A stretch of DNA of 63,970 nucleotides, filler included, from Folioceros fuciformis (Eukaryota): assembly GCA_049999805.1 (NCBI GenBank). It is 11 parts of 10 records of this genome, joined end to end, with 100 filler letters (N's around TTAATTAATTAA, not from the genome) between each part and the next. Parts side by side here need not be neighbours in the genome. Positions count along the whole stretch, not along the records: positions 10,034 to 25,550 come from JBNGIO010004215.1; 10 more parts are not named here. The stretch is one strand, 5' to 3'. Position 1 is the stretch's first letter. Each line of letters begins with the position of its first letter. Shown piece after piece: positions 10,475-23,367 of this stretch. A program made the position numbers and the translations under genes. The notes beneath the pieces are model-generated. The model ran no database searches and was not told where the DNA came from. It saw only the letters and a program-made list of their open reading frames with translations.

Positions 10475-12365
10475 CTTGGATGACTGCCTGGTCATCTCCT
10501 CTTGCAGCAGAGCTCCAACCAATGCGTTGAACTCCAGTGCAGGCACTTGATCTTCATCGATGTTTGCTACCAAGGCCAGCTGCCTGGCCATCCGCAACAC
10601 CGCATTCTGGCTAGACACAAAGTGTGAATAGCTCGGGGGTAAGGCTGACAGAAATCTTACACAGGCATCCTGCTCATTCACTCATGCACCAGTCTACTCC
10701 AGCTTGAGTCTTGCACTCCTAAACTGCGTGACAAACTGGTCAATCGGTTCTCCTTCCCGCATTTTGAGTGAATGGTATTTGGTTTGAGCAGCCATCCTCG
10801 TCATCATATCCTTGGCATGATAGACCATGGCCAAGTGATCCCACATTTCCTTAGCTGTTTGGGCATCAATCACGCTCATAGCCATTTGCTCACTCAAGCC
10901 AATGCGAATAATGCCTTGTGCTCTCTCATCTAGCTGATCCCAACGCTGCTGTCCAGGTGAAGTGCTTCGGAAACTAAGGATGTCAACATCCGGCCTTGGA
11001 GTTTCTCCTGTGACATGTCCCCACAAGCTAGCTTCCCTCAAGAAACCACGCATGCGCATCACCCACACATCGTAGTTGGCTCCGCTGGTAAGGCAGTCCT
11101 TTTCCTTGAAATCAACCTTCACAAACGGGAGTCTCTCATGGTTAAGTCTTTCCTCACGTTCCTTCTCCTCCCTTTCTCTTCTTTCCACTTCTCTATCTGC
11201 TCTCAGTTTTTCTAACCTCTCATGTTCCTTCCTTGCACGCTCACGGTCGGCTTCCTCGTCCATTTCTGACTGTTCAACACCCTCTTGGAACAAGCCCCTA
11301 ATGCTCGCTAGAACTTGGTACTCAAGTGCTTAATCGAAGCCTTCATCTGAGCCGTACTCCAGGATTTAAGATGAGGTATCCTGAGTTGCACCCGAAGCAG
11401 GTGCATCAACTGTACACCAGGGGGTCACAGGGCTGGTAGCGCCCTCTTCTCCTGGATTCGCAAGGATCGAAGTGTGCTGGCCTCCTCTCTTGACGCCGAT
11501 TAGCAAACCACCAATGCCGAGATTGCTCCATGGTCACCCGATGCACGTCAGCATCAGCAGCAGTGCTATCGCTGCTCTCCCCATCCTGGACCATCCAAAA
11601 CTCTCAAGAAACCACCAATCTCCAGAGCTTCCAGCACCCACTTGATCGACGGAGCACAAGCCTTGCACGCTTGCGCACAGGGAAAGCACCAGTGCTTGGG
11701 ATGCAGGGACAAAGTCTCCTCTCTTGCCAACATGGCTTCAACTGCCCATTCGATCAGTAGTGCTAGGTCTTGATCTACGAACTGTGCCAGGTAGTTCATC
11801 CACCAGATTGTGTGCTCCAAGTCTGGCTGCAACGTTGCCTTCGTTGCCTCACGCTGGGCTGCCTACTGCTGCACGTACACTGCTGGCTACAACAACCCAG
11901 CAATGTCGCCAGCACCTAGCTGCACTCCACCAGGCCCGGCAGCCCCTCAAGCAAGTGCGCAACTAGGTTGCCGCCCACCTGCGCCTCTGCCACACGCCAC
12001 CGCGCTACATCCAGCAATCCATCTCAGTCGTGCTGCCTGCATAGACAAATTCTGGTTGCTCTCAAGTGTGTGCGCCGCGCGGATTAGCGGCCGCCAGGTC
12101 AAGCAATCAGCACATCCAAGTGCGCCATCTCCACCTGCTCTGATACCATATAGCAATTTATCGCGATTGCTAGGTAGGATCGATCATAGCACGCTTGAGC
12201 AAGGGAGCAGCGATCGTGCATGAGCAAAACTTGAGGCAAGAACAATAAAAACGGGTATTGGAGTTTGCGCGACTTGGCGCATATGAAGTTTGATGAAAAC
12301 AGTTATTAACTGCCTCCTTAATAAGTCCTAATTAATATGAGTTGCTAATCTAAACACTTCCAACA
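10475..12365 (-). mobile_element. 5' part of Ty1/copia element E (same lineage as B/D): LTR 12149-12365, PBS 12137-12148, leader, gag; inserted in the leader of C
   Basis: Minus-strand TGTTGGAAG start at 12365; PBS TGGTATCAGAGC; Gag DFKEKDCLTSGANYDVW...LPPSYSHFV...VGALLQEE; C leader resumes at 12366 (GTAAC, compare 49546-49550). Confidence 0.85.
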
Positions 12366-15300
12366 GTAACTACCAAAATCTACATTACATTGCGACAGTT
12401 TCTAACTAGCCTTTTGCTTGATGTGCATCGATTTTGAATCATGACATCCTCAGAAAACGTCATGTTCAATATTGAGAAGTTAGATGGTACTAACTTTCCG
12501 TTATAGAGAGAATAAGTGTATAATGTTCTAGTGCAGAAGAAGTAGATCAAACCCATAAAGTTGTTAGGAGTGAAACTTGTTAGCATGACTCAGGATGAGT
12601 GGCAAGATCTAGATGAGCTTGCTAGGTCTACCATCATGCTAACATTCTCGAAGTCGGACTACTTCAATGTGAAAGACAAGACCACAAGTTACAAGCTATG
12701 GCAGAACATGACTTGTATGAGAAGCAAAGTGGGCTTCTCAGGTGTACTGGTTGAAACAGCTGGTGGACTTGAAGATGAAGGAAGGGACGAGGATGTCCAA
12801 TCATGTGAATGAGTTCAATACCATTTTCAGCCAGCTCTCATCTCAAGGTATGTCATTCCCATATTCCATGAGAGCTATGTTTCCACTGGTCACATTACTA
12901 GAGAGTTGGGACACTTTTCGTACAACTCTAAGTAATTCTGCTCCTGCCAATGGTCTTACCATTGTAAATATAGAAGGTAGCCTGTTAACAAAAGAGGGGA
13001 ACAGGAAGAATATGGAACCTTCGAAAGGTTTCAAAGACCTCATTGTGAGAGGAAGGTCCACTTCAAAGGGGAAGTACAAGGAGCGAAGTCTTTCCCGTAG
13101 CAAATCTTGTAGTCGTAACAATGTTGAGTGTTACCATTGTCACAAAAAGGGTCACATCAGAAGGGACTGCGAGCAGTTCAAGAAGGACAAAGGAAAGGAG
13201 AAGAAGCACAGCGACAAAAAGGCAAGTCTGAGTATCAAGCATGACGAGGTGAATTCTATTGGTAATGGAGATGTTCTTATCTCTTCTTCCTTCAATTCTA
13301 TGCAATTGACTGCCATGGATAGTCACTTATTCTCTAATTGGATAATTGACTCTAGAGCATTTTTCCATGTTACTCCGCATAGGGAGTGGTTTAGCACCTA
13401 TGATGCTATTAGGAAAGGATGTGTTCGGCTTGGAAATAACTACGCATGCAAGATTGTAGGCGTTGGTGATGTGCAGCTGAAGTTTGACAACGGATCTTCA
13501 TTCGTACTGAAGGATGTTAGGCATGTTCTGAAGTTGACAAAAAGCATGATTAGCGTAGGGCAATTGGATGATGTTGGCTACCATTGTTGGTTTGGGGATA
13601 ATTCTTGGAAGATCTCCAAAGGTTCTCTTCTATTAGCTCGTGGATCAAAGTGTGGCACTTTGTACTCACTTCAGGAAACCTCTGTCAAGGATCATGCGAT
13701 TTGTGTAACGGAATAGCCAAGTGTTTCCTTGTGGCATTGTCGGTCAGGACATATGTCTCAAAAAGGAATGAAGATCTTATCTCATTTTAGTTACGTCCCT
13801 TCTTTTGACTTCTCCAATTTCTCCGTGTGTGAGCACTGTTTGTATGGGAATCAGACGAAGTCACCACATGGAGCAAGAGGTAAACACAAAAGTAAACCTC
13901 TTGAATTGGTTCACAGTGACGTTTGTGGATCTATGCCCACTGTATCGTTAGGCGGTGCATTCTATTTTGTCACTTTTATAGATGATTTCTCACGCAAGGT
14001 GTGGGTTTATCCCTTGAGGAAAAAGGATGATGTTCTGATAGTGTTTTAGAAATTCGTCACCCTTGTGGAGGATCAGTCTGGCCTTTGACTTGAAGTGTCT
14101 AAGGACAGACAATGGGACAAAGTATGTTTCGAAGGCTTTCCAGTCATTCTGTGATTCCAAGGGAATCAAGAGAGGATTGACTGCCCCGTATACTCCTCCT
14201 CAGAATGGCGTGGTTGAACAGATGAATAGGACCATCTAGGAGGGGATGCATAGTTTGTTATCAAACTCTGGATTGCTTAACAAATTTTGGGCAGAAGTAG
14301 TGGTTACTATAATGAATCTTATTAACATATCTCCTAATAAGGCTATGGATGAGCAGGTTCCATAGGAGATGTGGTCTCGAAAGAAGCCGTCATACAAGCA
14401 TCTACGAGTGTTTGGCTGCAAGGCATACTACCATGTTCCAAAGGAGTTTCGGGACAAGTTGGCTCCCAAGTCAAGAAAATGTATTTTTCTTGGTTGTGGT
14501 GAGTTTGGTGAGATGGGATACCGTCTATGGGATCCAGAGGCCAAGAGGGTTGTTCGCAGCAATGACGTGTTCTTAAATGAGACCAAGATGCACAAGAAGC
14601 CTACTCCAACCGTGGAGGTGCGACGGGTGGTCTTCCAAGAAGATGGTCTTAACCGTCCATCGCAGGTTGAACATCATGATGTGCAGGAACCAGTTCCTTC
14701 ACTTGTAGAAGAGGAGAGAGTGCAACCAGCTCCGGTTGAGGTGTGTATGCTTCGTAGGTCATGAAGGATTTTACGTCCTCCTGTCAGGTATGTTGCATCT
14801 CTTGATTATGTCATGTTGACGGATTGTGGAGAGCCCTCTTGTTACCAAGAGGCCATGTCAGTGACTGACAAGGACAAGTGGGAGAAGGCGATGCAGTCGC
14901 AGATAGCTTCGCTCCATAAAAACCAAACTTAGGAGTTGGTTTGGTTGCCTAGGGGTAAGAAGGCATTGCCATGCAAATGGGTGTATAAGATGAAGGACAT
15001 ACCCTATTATGGCAAACCCAAGTACAAGGCATGGTTGGTTGCTAAGGGTTTTAAGCAACAGCAAGGTATTGACTTTGATAAGATTTTCTCACCAGTTGTC
15101 AAAATGACCACCTTGCGATGTGTTCTTGCTCTGGTTGCGAGGAATGATACGGAACTTGTCCAGATGGATGTGAAGTCGGCCTTTCTACATGGTGATCTCC
15201 AGGAAGAGGTATACATGCAACCAGAGGGTTTCATTGAGAAGGACAAAGAGAATATGGTGTGCAGGTTAAAGAAGAGTCTTTATGGTTTGAAACAGGCACC

Positions 15301-16627
15301 CAAAGAGTGGTATTACAAGTTCCAGTCATTTATGCTTTCTCAAGGCTACAAACGTAGCGAGGAGGATTATGGCCTCTATACAAAGCAAGCCAAGGATGGA
15401 AGCTTGCTCATTCTGGTCCTCTATGTGGATGATATGCTAATTGCTGGGAATAGCAGTGATGAGATTTCAGCATTGAAGTCAAAGTTGAATGCTCGATTTG
15501 ATATGATAGACTTGGGAGAGGCAAGCCATATTCTTGGCATGCGTATTCGTCGAGACAAACAAAAGCATTTGCTTTATTTGTCTCAAACTGAATACATTAA
15601 CAGGGTGCTTCAACGTTTCAATATGAAGAAGGGGAAGGTATTGAGTACTCCGTTGCGTCCATATGTGAAACTTTCGAGCAAGGATTGCCCAAGGTCTATG
15701 GAGGACAAAGCTGAAATGGAGAAGGTTTCATACTCATCAGCTGTGGGGAGTTTGATGTATGCAATGATTGCTACACGTCCTGACATTGCTTTTGCAGTGG
15801 GAGTGGTTAGCAGGTTTATGTCAAACCCTGGCAGAAAGCATTGGGAGGCAGTGAAAGGAGTTATGAGGTACTTAAATGGTACCAAAACTTTGTGCTTATG
15901 TTTTGGTAGTGAAGATGCATCTGTCATGGGATATATGGATGTTGATTATGCAGGGAATATAGACAAAAGGAGGTCCACATCATATTATGTCTTCATGTGC
16001 ACTGGAGGGGCAGTCTCATGGCAATCTCGTTTGCAATCGTGCATAACGCTATCTACCACAAAGACCGAGTATGTTACAGCGACTAAGGCGTGCAAGGAAG
16101 CCATGTGGCTTGCTCATTTAGTGGGAGATTTTGGGATCAAGGTTGAGCTGCCAATGTTGCATTGTGATAGCCAGAGTGCTATCCAATTGGCAAAGAATCC
16201 AGTGTTTCATGCAAAGACAAAACATGTGGAAGTGAAGTATCACTTTATTCGAGAGGTGTTGGAAGACAAGAGGGTATAGCTTATCAAAGTTCACACTAGT
16301 CAGAACCCTACAGATATCCTTACCAAGGGGCTCTCTACGAAGCAATTCGCAGAAGCTCAGACACTCATGGGCATGAGGTAGACCACTCTCCTATGAAGGT
16401 AAATTGGCCTTTAAGTGGGAGGTTGTAGGGTTATTCAAGCCCAATGTGCTTAGACTATTGTGTTTAGTCTAAGATTAGTGTTTAGTTAAATATCATTTGT
16501 TTAGATTAGCTTAAGCTAATTTGTAGGAAGCTTCTTGCGCAACTTCCTTGGGAGCTCTTCTAGATGGTATAAATACCCCCTTGAGCTCCCTTACAATTGA
16601 GACATTGTGAGAGTGTGACCTCTCTTT

Positions 16628-16813
16628 TGTTATTTTATGCATTTTGTTCAAGGATTATTTAGACAACGAATACTTGTGACAATGCAGCAAAAGAACTTAA
16701 TTTAATTAATACAAAATTGTAGCTTTTATAGTGTCAAGTTTGTTAAACCCAAAAGACTTGTGTTTAATCGAGTTAGGTTAATCTAACCCATGGTTATCTA
16801 AATAACCTTAACA
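16628..16813 (-). repeat. 3' LTR of element D
   Basis: Direct repeat of 23182-23367; TG...CA ends; adjacent PPT. Confidence 0.95.
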
Positions 16814-17095
16814 CCCCCTCTTAACCTGACGAGGTTAAAGTAAATATTTAAACCCTAACGGGCCATAAACCCTGTCACCCCCTCATGATGAAGCAGACGT
16901 GCAAAGTTGTTGTGTAGCACAAGCGGGAAAATCATGCAGGGAGCATGACGGACGATCCAACTTCAGACAAGGACAGATGTGAATGCTCAGGGCAAGCTGA
17001 AGATGGATCTAGGCGCCTTGCTCTCACGGTACCAGGGCTAAGAACAACCACTGCAGAGGGAGTTCTCGGTCTCCCGTGTTCTATTGCAGGAAGGA

Positions 17096-17470
17096 ATGGC
17101 ACGCAAGAAGGGTGGCGGCTTGAGTTGTCAGCAACATCCAAGGAAGGAGTCGTCACAGCAGCATAGTAACTCAGTTGAGCCTAGCGAGACTCAAGTATCG
17201 AAGAAGCCTATGGAGTGGCCTACACAGTCAGATAGGAACTTGGTGTGTCATCTGCTTCAGACTGCTCAGAAGTGCGAGGAGGTCGAAGAAGCAATCAAGG
17301 CCGCAAAGTGTCGGGTCTTGGAGCTTCGAGACTTGGTCGCCAAGTTCCCACCACGGGATCCGACCATGTTTCCACTATTAGAGTGTGAAATACAACACCT
17401 TGTGAAGGAACTGAGCACGCTGGGATATACTGGAGCAGTCGGCGGTGTGCCTGAAGCTGGTGATGACTAA
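17096..17470 (+). CDS. Antisense ORF in the 3' non-pol region of element D (124 aa from ATG 17096; possibly ~178 aa ancestrally from ATG 16934), unknown function
   Basis: Lies between the pol stop and PPT with no overlap of pol; amphipathic helical composition; same frame extends to 16934 through two stops explicable as C>T changes. Confidence 0.45.
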   Translation: MARKKGGGLSCQQHPRKESSQQHSNSVEPSETQVSKKPMEWPTQSDRNLVCHLLQTAQKCEEVEEAIKAAKCRVLELRDLVAKFPPRDPTMFPLLECEIQHLVKELSTLGYTGAVGGVPEAGDD

Positions 17471-17644
17471 GTCCCTTGCCTGCCTAAAAGAGGTAAATCA
17501 CCGCTGTGAAGCTTTACTTTCCTTTGCTTTTCGTTGATGTAGAGAATAGTTCACGACTGAATATGTAGGTTGCTGCAGCCACTGAGCTGTCCTCATATCT
17601 TGTGTGCTAGATAGGAAGGTCAGGCTTATAGTAAACCGTTTAAG

Positions 17645-20600
17645 TCACTTCCTGTCAGTAGAGCACACACTATCTTGTACTCTCCCGTTCAGCATAGCAA
17701 ACACCCTTAAGTCCATAGAGGCAAGATGCTTGTAGTGCTTGGCCTTAGAAAGCCCTCTGGTCAATAGGTCTACTATATTTTCATTTGTGCTTACATACTC
17801 CACCTTAGCCACACCTCTCTCCACCACATCTCTAATGTAGTGGTGATAAAGCTCTATGTGCTTTGTCCTTGCGTGGAATCATGGATTAGCCACGAGGGCT
17901 ATAGCATACATATTATCACATAGTAGTTGAGTTGCAAAGGTTTGTGTCATAAAGAGGGATTCTAAAAATTGTCTTTCCCATTCAAGTTCCTTGTAGGCAT
18001 CTGTTAGGGCCTTGTATTCAGCCTCAGTAGACGATAGTGCTAATGAAGATTGCTTTTTACATGACCAATTGACAACACCAGAAGCTAGTAAACATACATA
18101 GGCAGATAGACTCTTACGAGTGTTTGAATCTGATGCCCAGTCAGCATCAGCTAGGGCAGTCAGCACAAAACTCTTCTTGCCACTAGCAGTGTAATGCAGG
18201 CCTAAATTAATTGTTCCCTTTAGGTAGCGATAGATACGTTTGACTGCAGCCCAGTGGACTCGACCTGGAGTCTTGATAAATTGAGCTACCATACTAATAG
18301 AGAAGCTTATATCTGGTCTAGTCCAGTTTGCCAGGAAAATGAGACAACCAACTGCCTCAGGATAAGGGACACCAGCCATATCCTTTTCTTCATCTGCAGA
18401 ATGAGGGGACATGTCAATTGACAGCTTTTCACCTACAATGGAAGGGGTAGTTACAGGACGAGCTTCATCCAGGTGAAATCGTTTAAGTATTTCCTTGAGA
18501 TATTTTGACTGATGAAGGAAAATTGTTCCGTCCTACATGTTTCTAAGTATTTGAATACCCAAGCACAACTGAAGAGCACCTTGGTCTGTCATCTCAAATT
18601 CGCTCCTCAGAAGATCCTTAACCTTGTTCATCTGTGACATGCTGTTGTTCAATAGAATTGCATCGTCGACATACAAGGCCAGGATGACAAAAAGCTCAGA
18701 CTCAAATAAGTAAAACACATTTGAGTCTACTGATGATTGTGAGAAGCCTGCCTTACACAAGAACTTCATAATTCGTTTATACCAGGCTCTGGGGCATTTT
18801 TTCAAACCATAGATAGTCTTCAAAAGTTTGCAGACTTTACCCGGCCATTTCTTACTAATAAATCCTTCTGGTTGGTTCATGTAGAGAACCTCTTCCAGTT
18901 CTCGATGTAGGAAGGCCGTGCAGACATCCATCTGATGGAGTTCAAGATCAAACTCAGCGGCAAGTGCAAGCAGGATTCTGACAGATGGGGGCTTCACTAC
19001 GGGGGAGAAAGTATCTCCGTAATCTATCCCAGGAATCTGTGAGAACCCTCTTGCCACCAGTCTGCTTTTATATCTTGCTATAGTTCCATCTGACTTTAGT
19101 TTAGTTTTAAATACCCATTTACAGGTAATAGGTTTTTTGCCTGGTGGCAGATCAGCTAGCTCCCACGTCTGGTTTTTGAGGAGACTATTGCACTCATCAT
19201 TCACTGACACTTGCCAATGGGCCCCATCAGAACCATTCAGTCCTTCATCAAGTGTTCGAGGATCAGGTCTAACATCAGGTACATACAAGTCTGTTACATT
19301 GGCTGTAGTATACCTCCTGAAATCTTCAGATTGATAAGGTGGCTCATCCCATAACTCTCGTGGTCTTCTCATCCTTACAGGATAGCGAGAAGGAGGATCA
19401 GCACCAGCAGCCTCATCATGATCCGACAGTACAACATCAATGTGAGCTTCACTGTTATCCGAGTCTTCAAAAACACCTGGCTGCTCATCATTATATTGGT
19501 GATCCCCCTCATAGTCCTCAGCATCAATAGGATTTGGATCTACAGGAGGTGTACCAACAGCAGGTACCAAAGGCAGGTCAATCTGTTCATTTTGTGGCTG
19601 TAAGAGAGCATCAACTGCTACATGGTCTAAGAGAGTAGGAACATCTCCGTCTGACTGTGGGTATTCTTGTATGGACTCTATATCAACAAGTGTATTCTCA
19701 AGAGTGGTAGACAAGGAATCTGTTTGAGGAGTCAAAAGTTCCTTGAAGGTAATGCTACGTGCTAGTGTAATCTTAGAGGTCTTAGGGTCATACAACTTAT
19801 AGGCTTTGGATTCCTCTGAATAGCCAACAAAGCTGGAGGGTTTAGACCTATCATCTAACTTCCCCCTCTTGGCTTCAGGGACAAAAGCAAAAGCAGGTGA
19901 CCCAAAGACCCGCAAGTGCAGCAGGCTAGGCTTGCGACCCCAGATAGCTTCATAAGGGGTGCGACCAGGCAGAGCCGAAGTAATAAGTCGATTCAGAATG
20001 TAAGTAGCTATCACCACAGCTTCTACCCAGAATGTTTTTGGTAAGTTAGCCCATGAGAGCATGCTGTGTGTCATGCCCATCAAAGTTTGATTTTTGCGCT
20101 CAGCAACACCGTTCTGTTGTTGTGTATAGGGCACAGACAATTGGCGAAGTATACCATATGCTTGGAAAAGATCATCAAACCGATGGCCAATGAATTCCCC
20201 TCCATTATTAGTCTGGAAGCATCTGACAAGCCGTCCAATCTGTCTTTGGACCATCAGGATCCAGGTTGAGATGTGTTCGAACACATCACTCTTCAACTTG
20301 ATAGGGAAGGTCCAAGTATGGCGGGAAAAATCGTCATTCAGTGATAGATAGTACTTTGCTCCACCAAGAGACTTCACAAGCAGCTTTCCAGCAATGTCAG
20401 CATGCACAAGTTCAAGGACAACAGTTGCCATGGTAGGTTGTTTATTCTTGAAAGGCAATTCTTTTTGTTTAGACAGTATGCAGGATGTGCAGGCTGGCAG
20501 ATGCTTGAAACAGCTGGGGAGCTTTTCTCTGTAGCAGGTGGAGTTCAACATAAAATCCAGCTTTGACTTGTTCACATGGCCCAACCTCGCATGCCACAGG

Positions 20601-22131
20601 TTAGCCTTTCCATTGTACGAAGCAAGATAGACTCTAGTGCGTGACTTAGACACCTGGACCAATTGATAAAGATCATGTACTAAGACAGCCTTAGCAAGAG
20701 TCTTCTCTGGACATGTAAGGGAATACAAGTTGCACATACTACTTTCAAAACAAAAACCATATAGGTTCATTCTAGAAATGGCTCTAACAGACAATAAGTT
20801 TCTACTCATTCTGGAACAAACAGAACTTCCTGAAGATGCGGGGTTGAACCATCAAGAAGTGGTATGTCTACTGTACCTTTCCCTTTTACCTCAATGCCTC
20901 GTGCATCACCCACAAAGATTGACTGAGGGGTTTGCAGTTTGTGAAAGGAAGAAAACATATGTCGATTGTTGCAGACGTGAGCAGTCGCTCCCAAATCAAC
21001 GAACCAACACTAAGTGTTCTCTGTAGTCGAAGTCAGACAAACTGTAAGTACAAAACTGCTGCTTCGAGGTTGTTGATGGCCATTCGGAGATTTTGCCTCC
21101 TTAGATGAAACATGAGCCTTTGATCTAACAATCTTTTTGGGCTCTCTAGCTCTCTTCTTTCTGTAGTCACGTTCCTAGTGCCCAGGTATCTGGCACCAGT
21201 TGCAACTACATGTGCGCTTAGTGGTGGAGGAAGAGGTACCAAAAGTGTTTGAAGAATTCTTCTTACTTTTGTCCTTTCCTTTCCATTGATTCTTGCCTTT
21301 TTCAGCAAAAAGCACTTTCTCACCACGCAGCCTTGAACCAGAGCGAGAACGTTGGCGGCTCTGCTCCTCTTGCAGGAGGGCCCCAACTATCTCATTTAGA
21401 TTAAGTGTAGAAGGTTGACCACTTGCTACCGCTGAGTAGGCATCACGCAAAGTGGCATTTTGGCTGGAAATAAAAGATTGATAGGATGAAGGCAGGCTGG
21501 TCAGCAGCTATGCTATCATCTCCACTTCAGTGATCTTGGTACCTAACGCAGCAAGCTGTGCTCGTAGGTGCCTCAACTTGGTGACATGAGCACCAACTGG
21601 TTCCCCCTCCCTCCACCTCAAACTATGAAAGTCGTTTCTTGCGTTGATCATGGTACATATGTTTCTGACCTGATAAGTGTCATGAAGTTGTTTCCACACA
21701 GCTTCTGCTGACTCAAGCGAATCAACCTCAGTGACTGTAGTCTCATCCAGGCCTGACAGGAGAATGGCAAATGCAACCTTGTTGCACTTCTTCCACTTTG
21801 CCTTGTCATCAGGCGTGGGCTGAACTGCAGTTGTAGCTGGTACAAGGAAAGGGTTCGGAATAGTGCCATCAACATACTCCAAAACGTCGCGAGCATCAAG
21901 GTTAGCTCTCATTCGTACTTTCCAGCTTTCAAAACGTAATGCTTTTCCATCAAACCTGTCTTTTTCCTTAAACTCACCGTAGTATGATGATCCTACAGAT
22001 ATAGACAAGGGTCCTTGACCTGTAGTCATGTTGACACCAACAGAGAGTGGAGGAGTTGAAGGATTCGAGAAAAGCCAGGAGAGTTGATCAGTATCACTAT
22101 CAGAGTCAGTATCTGCAACAAATAGGGACAT
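17645..22131 (-). pseudogene. gag-pol of element D, lightly disrupted (758-aa PR C-terminus/INT/RT stretch open)
   Basis: FKEKDRFDG; CNWCQIPGH; LWHARLGH; QTNNGGEF; QQNGVAERKNQTL; TCKWVFK; LYVDDAIL; ADADWA; SSTEAEY. Confidence 0.94.
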
Positions 22132-22466
22132 GCTCTATTGAATGTTGAGAAAACAGACAGACGCCATAAGAGACTTGAAACGGTAAGTCCTAAAACTTAA
22201 ATGCCCCTTCAAGTTTTTTTTTTTTTTTTTTAAGTGAATAACTTTTCAACAAACCCTAAGCATGTCACACAACATCTAACTTATAACCGTTTGTGCCTGC
22301 AGACATTCTCAAAATGCAAGGGACGCAACCCAAGCATAAATTAGGAAGACAGCAAGGACATCTTCAACACCTAGACACTCCAACCAACAGGCGCAATCAT
22401 CAGTAGCGCCTGTTGAGAGCTCCAAGGCAGCGTATTGTAAATTCACAAGCTGTCTCTCACACCCGT

Positions 22467-23036
22467 TCAGATCTGAGGGGTCATCTCTGTTTGATCCTCA
22501 GTGCATGCTCCATCTCTCATGGGAACAAGAGATTCCAGGTACATCGCTGCAATTGGTTGCACTGCAGAGGTAGGAGCATGTGATTGTTGAACTCTAAATT
22601 GAGTAAGCTGAGTAACAAGTTCTGTAACTTCGGATTGCAGAGACTCCACACTTCTGATCAATTCACCAAGTCTTGGAATTGTGAAGGCAAAGGTATGATC
22701 AACAAGTAATTCGATACTGTTCAACTTGAGGATGAGTCGGTCAATTGAACAAGGACTTGTTGTAACATCCAATTGCTCAAGTAGGACTCCATCTTCTAGA
22801 ACTTCTCCTAACCAATTTTCTCGTTCAATCCTTGATTGCAGAAGCTCAAGACGCCTGGAAACCACTCGATTAGAGTAGCTATGGGGAGAGGCAGAGAATT
22901 CTCTCACCCTGTCCTTCTTCCTAGCATCTGAGAGCAGATCATTGAGTAGTCTACGAATGTAATCTACCCTGGCAGCCCAAGAAGATGAAGAGATAGGCTG
23001 GTTACGCCTACCACTCCTTCTAGGAATTTTAAGCAT
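22467..23036 (-). CDS. ORF0 of element D: 189-aa Arg-rich protein with C-terminal coiled-coil-like helix, unknown function
   Basis: Uninterrupted ATG ORF between PBS and gag, sense to the element; C-terminal 43 aa align without gaps to ORF0 of B. Confidence 0.72.
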   Translation of the reverse strand: MLKIPRRSGRRNQPISSSSWAARVDYIRRLLNDLLSDARKKDRVREFSASPHSYSNRVVSRRLELLQSRIERENWLGEVLEDGVLLEQLDVTTSPCSIDRLILKLNSIELLVDHTFAFTIPRLGELIRSVESLQSEVTELVTQLTQFRVQQSHAPTSAVQPIAAMYLESLVPMRDGACTEDQTEMTPQI

Positions 23037-23181
23037 AGAAACAAGAGTCTAATATGTCTATCATCGAGATTGCTAGGACTTCAGAGTAGACACACTAGAC
23101 TCGACATATTTGCAATCACATGGCAAAGAACATAAGTAATAGTATAGCAGAAGTCTCAGAGCATCGAGAGCTCTGATACCA

Positions 23182-23367
23182 TGTTATTTTATGCATTTTG
23201 TTCAAGGATTATTTAGACAAAGAATACTTGTGACAATGCAGCAAAAGAACTTAATTTAATTAATACAAAATTATAGCTTTTATAGTGTCAAGTTTCTTAA
23301 ACCCAAAAGACATGTGTTTAACCGAGTTAGGTTAATCTAACCTATGGTGATCTAAATAACCTTAACA
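23182..23367 (-). repeat. 5' LTR of element D
   Basis: Matches 16628-16813; PBS adjacent at 23171-23181. Confidence 0.95.

Larger units (their letters stand above)
16628..23367 (-). mobile_element. Full-length Ty1/copia element D (same lineage as B; ORF0 and 3' antisense ORF), nested in the 3' LTR of C
   Basis: 186-bp LTRs 23182-23367 and 16628-16813 (7 mismatches by manual count); TSD TCTTT 16623-16627 and 23368-23372; PBS 23171-23181; PPT AAGAGGGGG 16814-16822. Confidence 0.96.
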
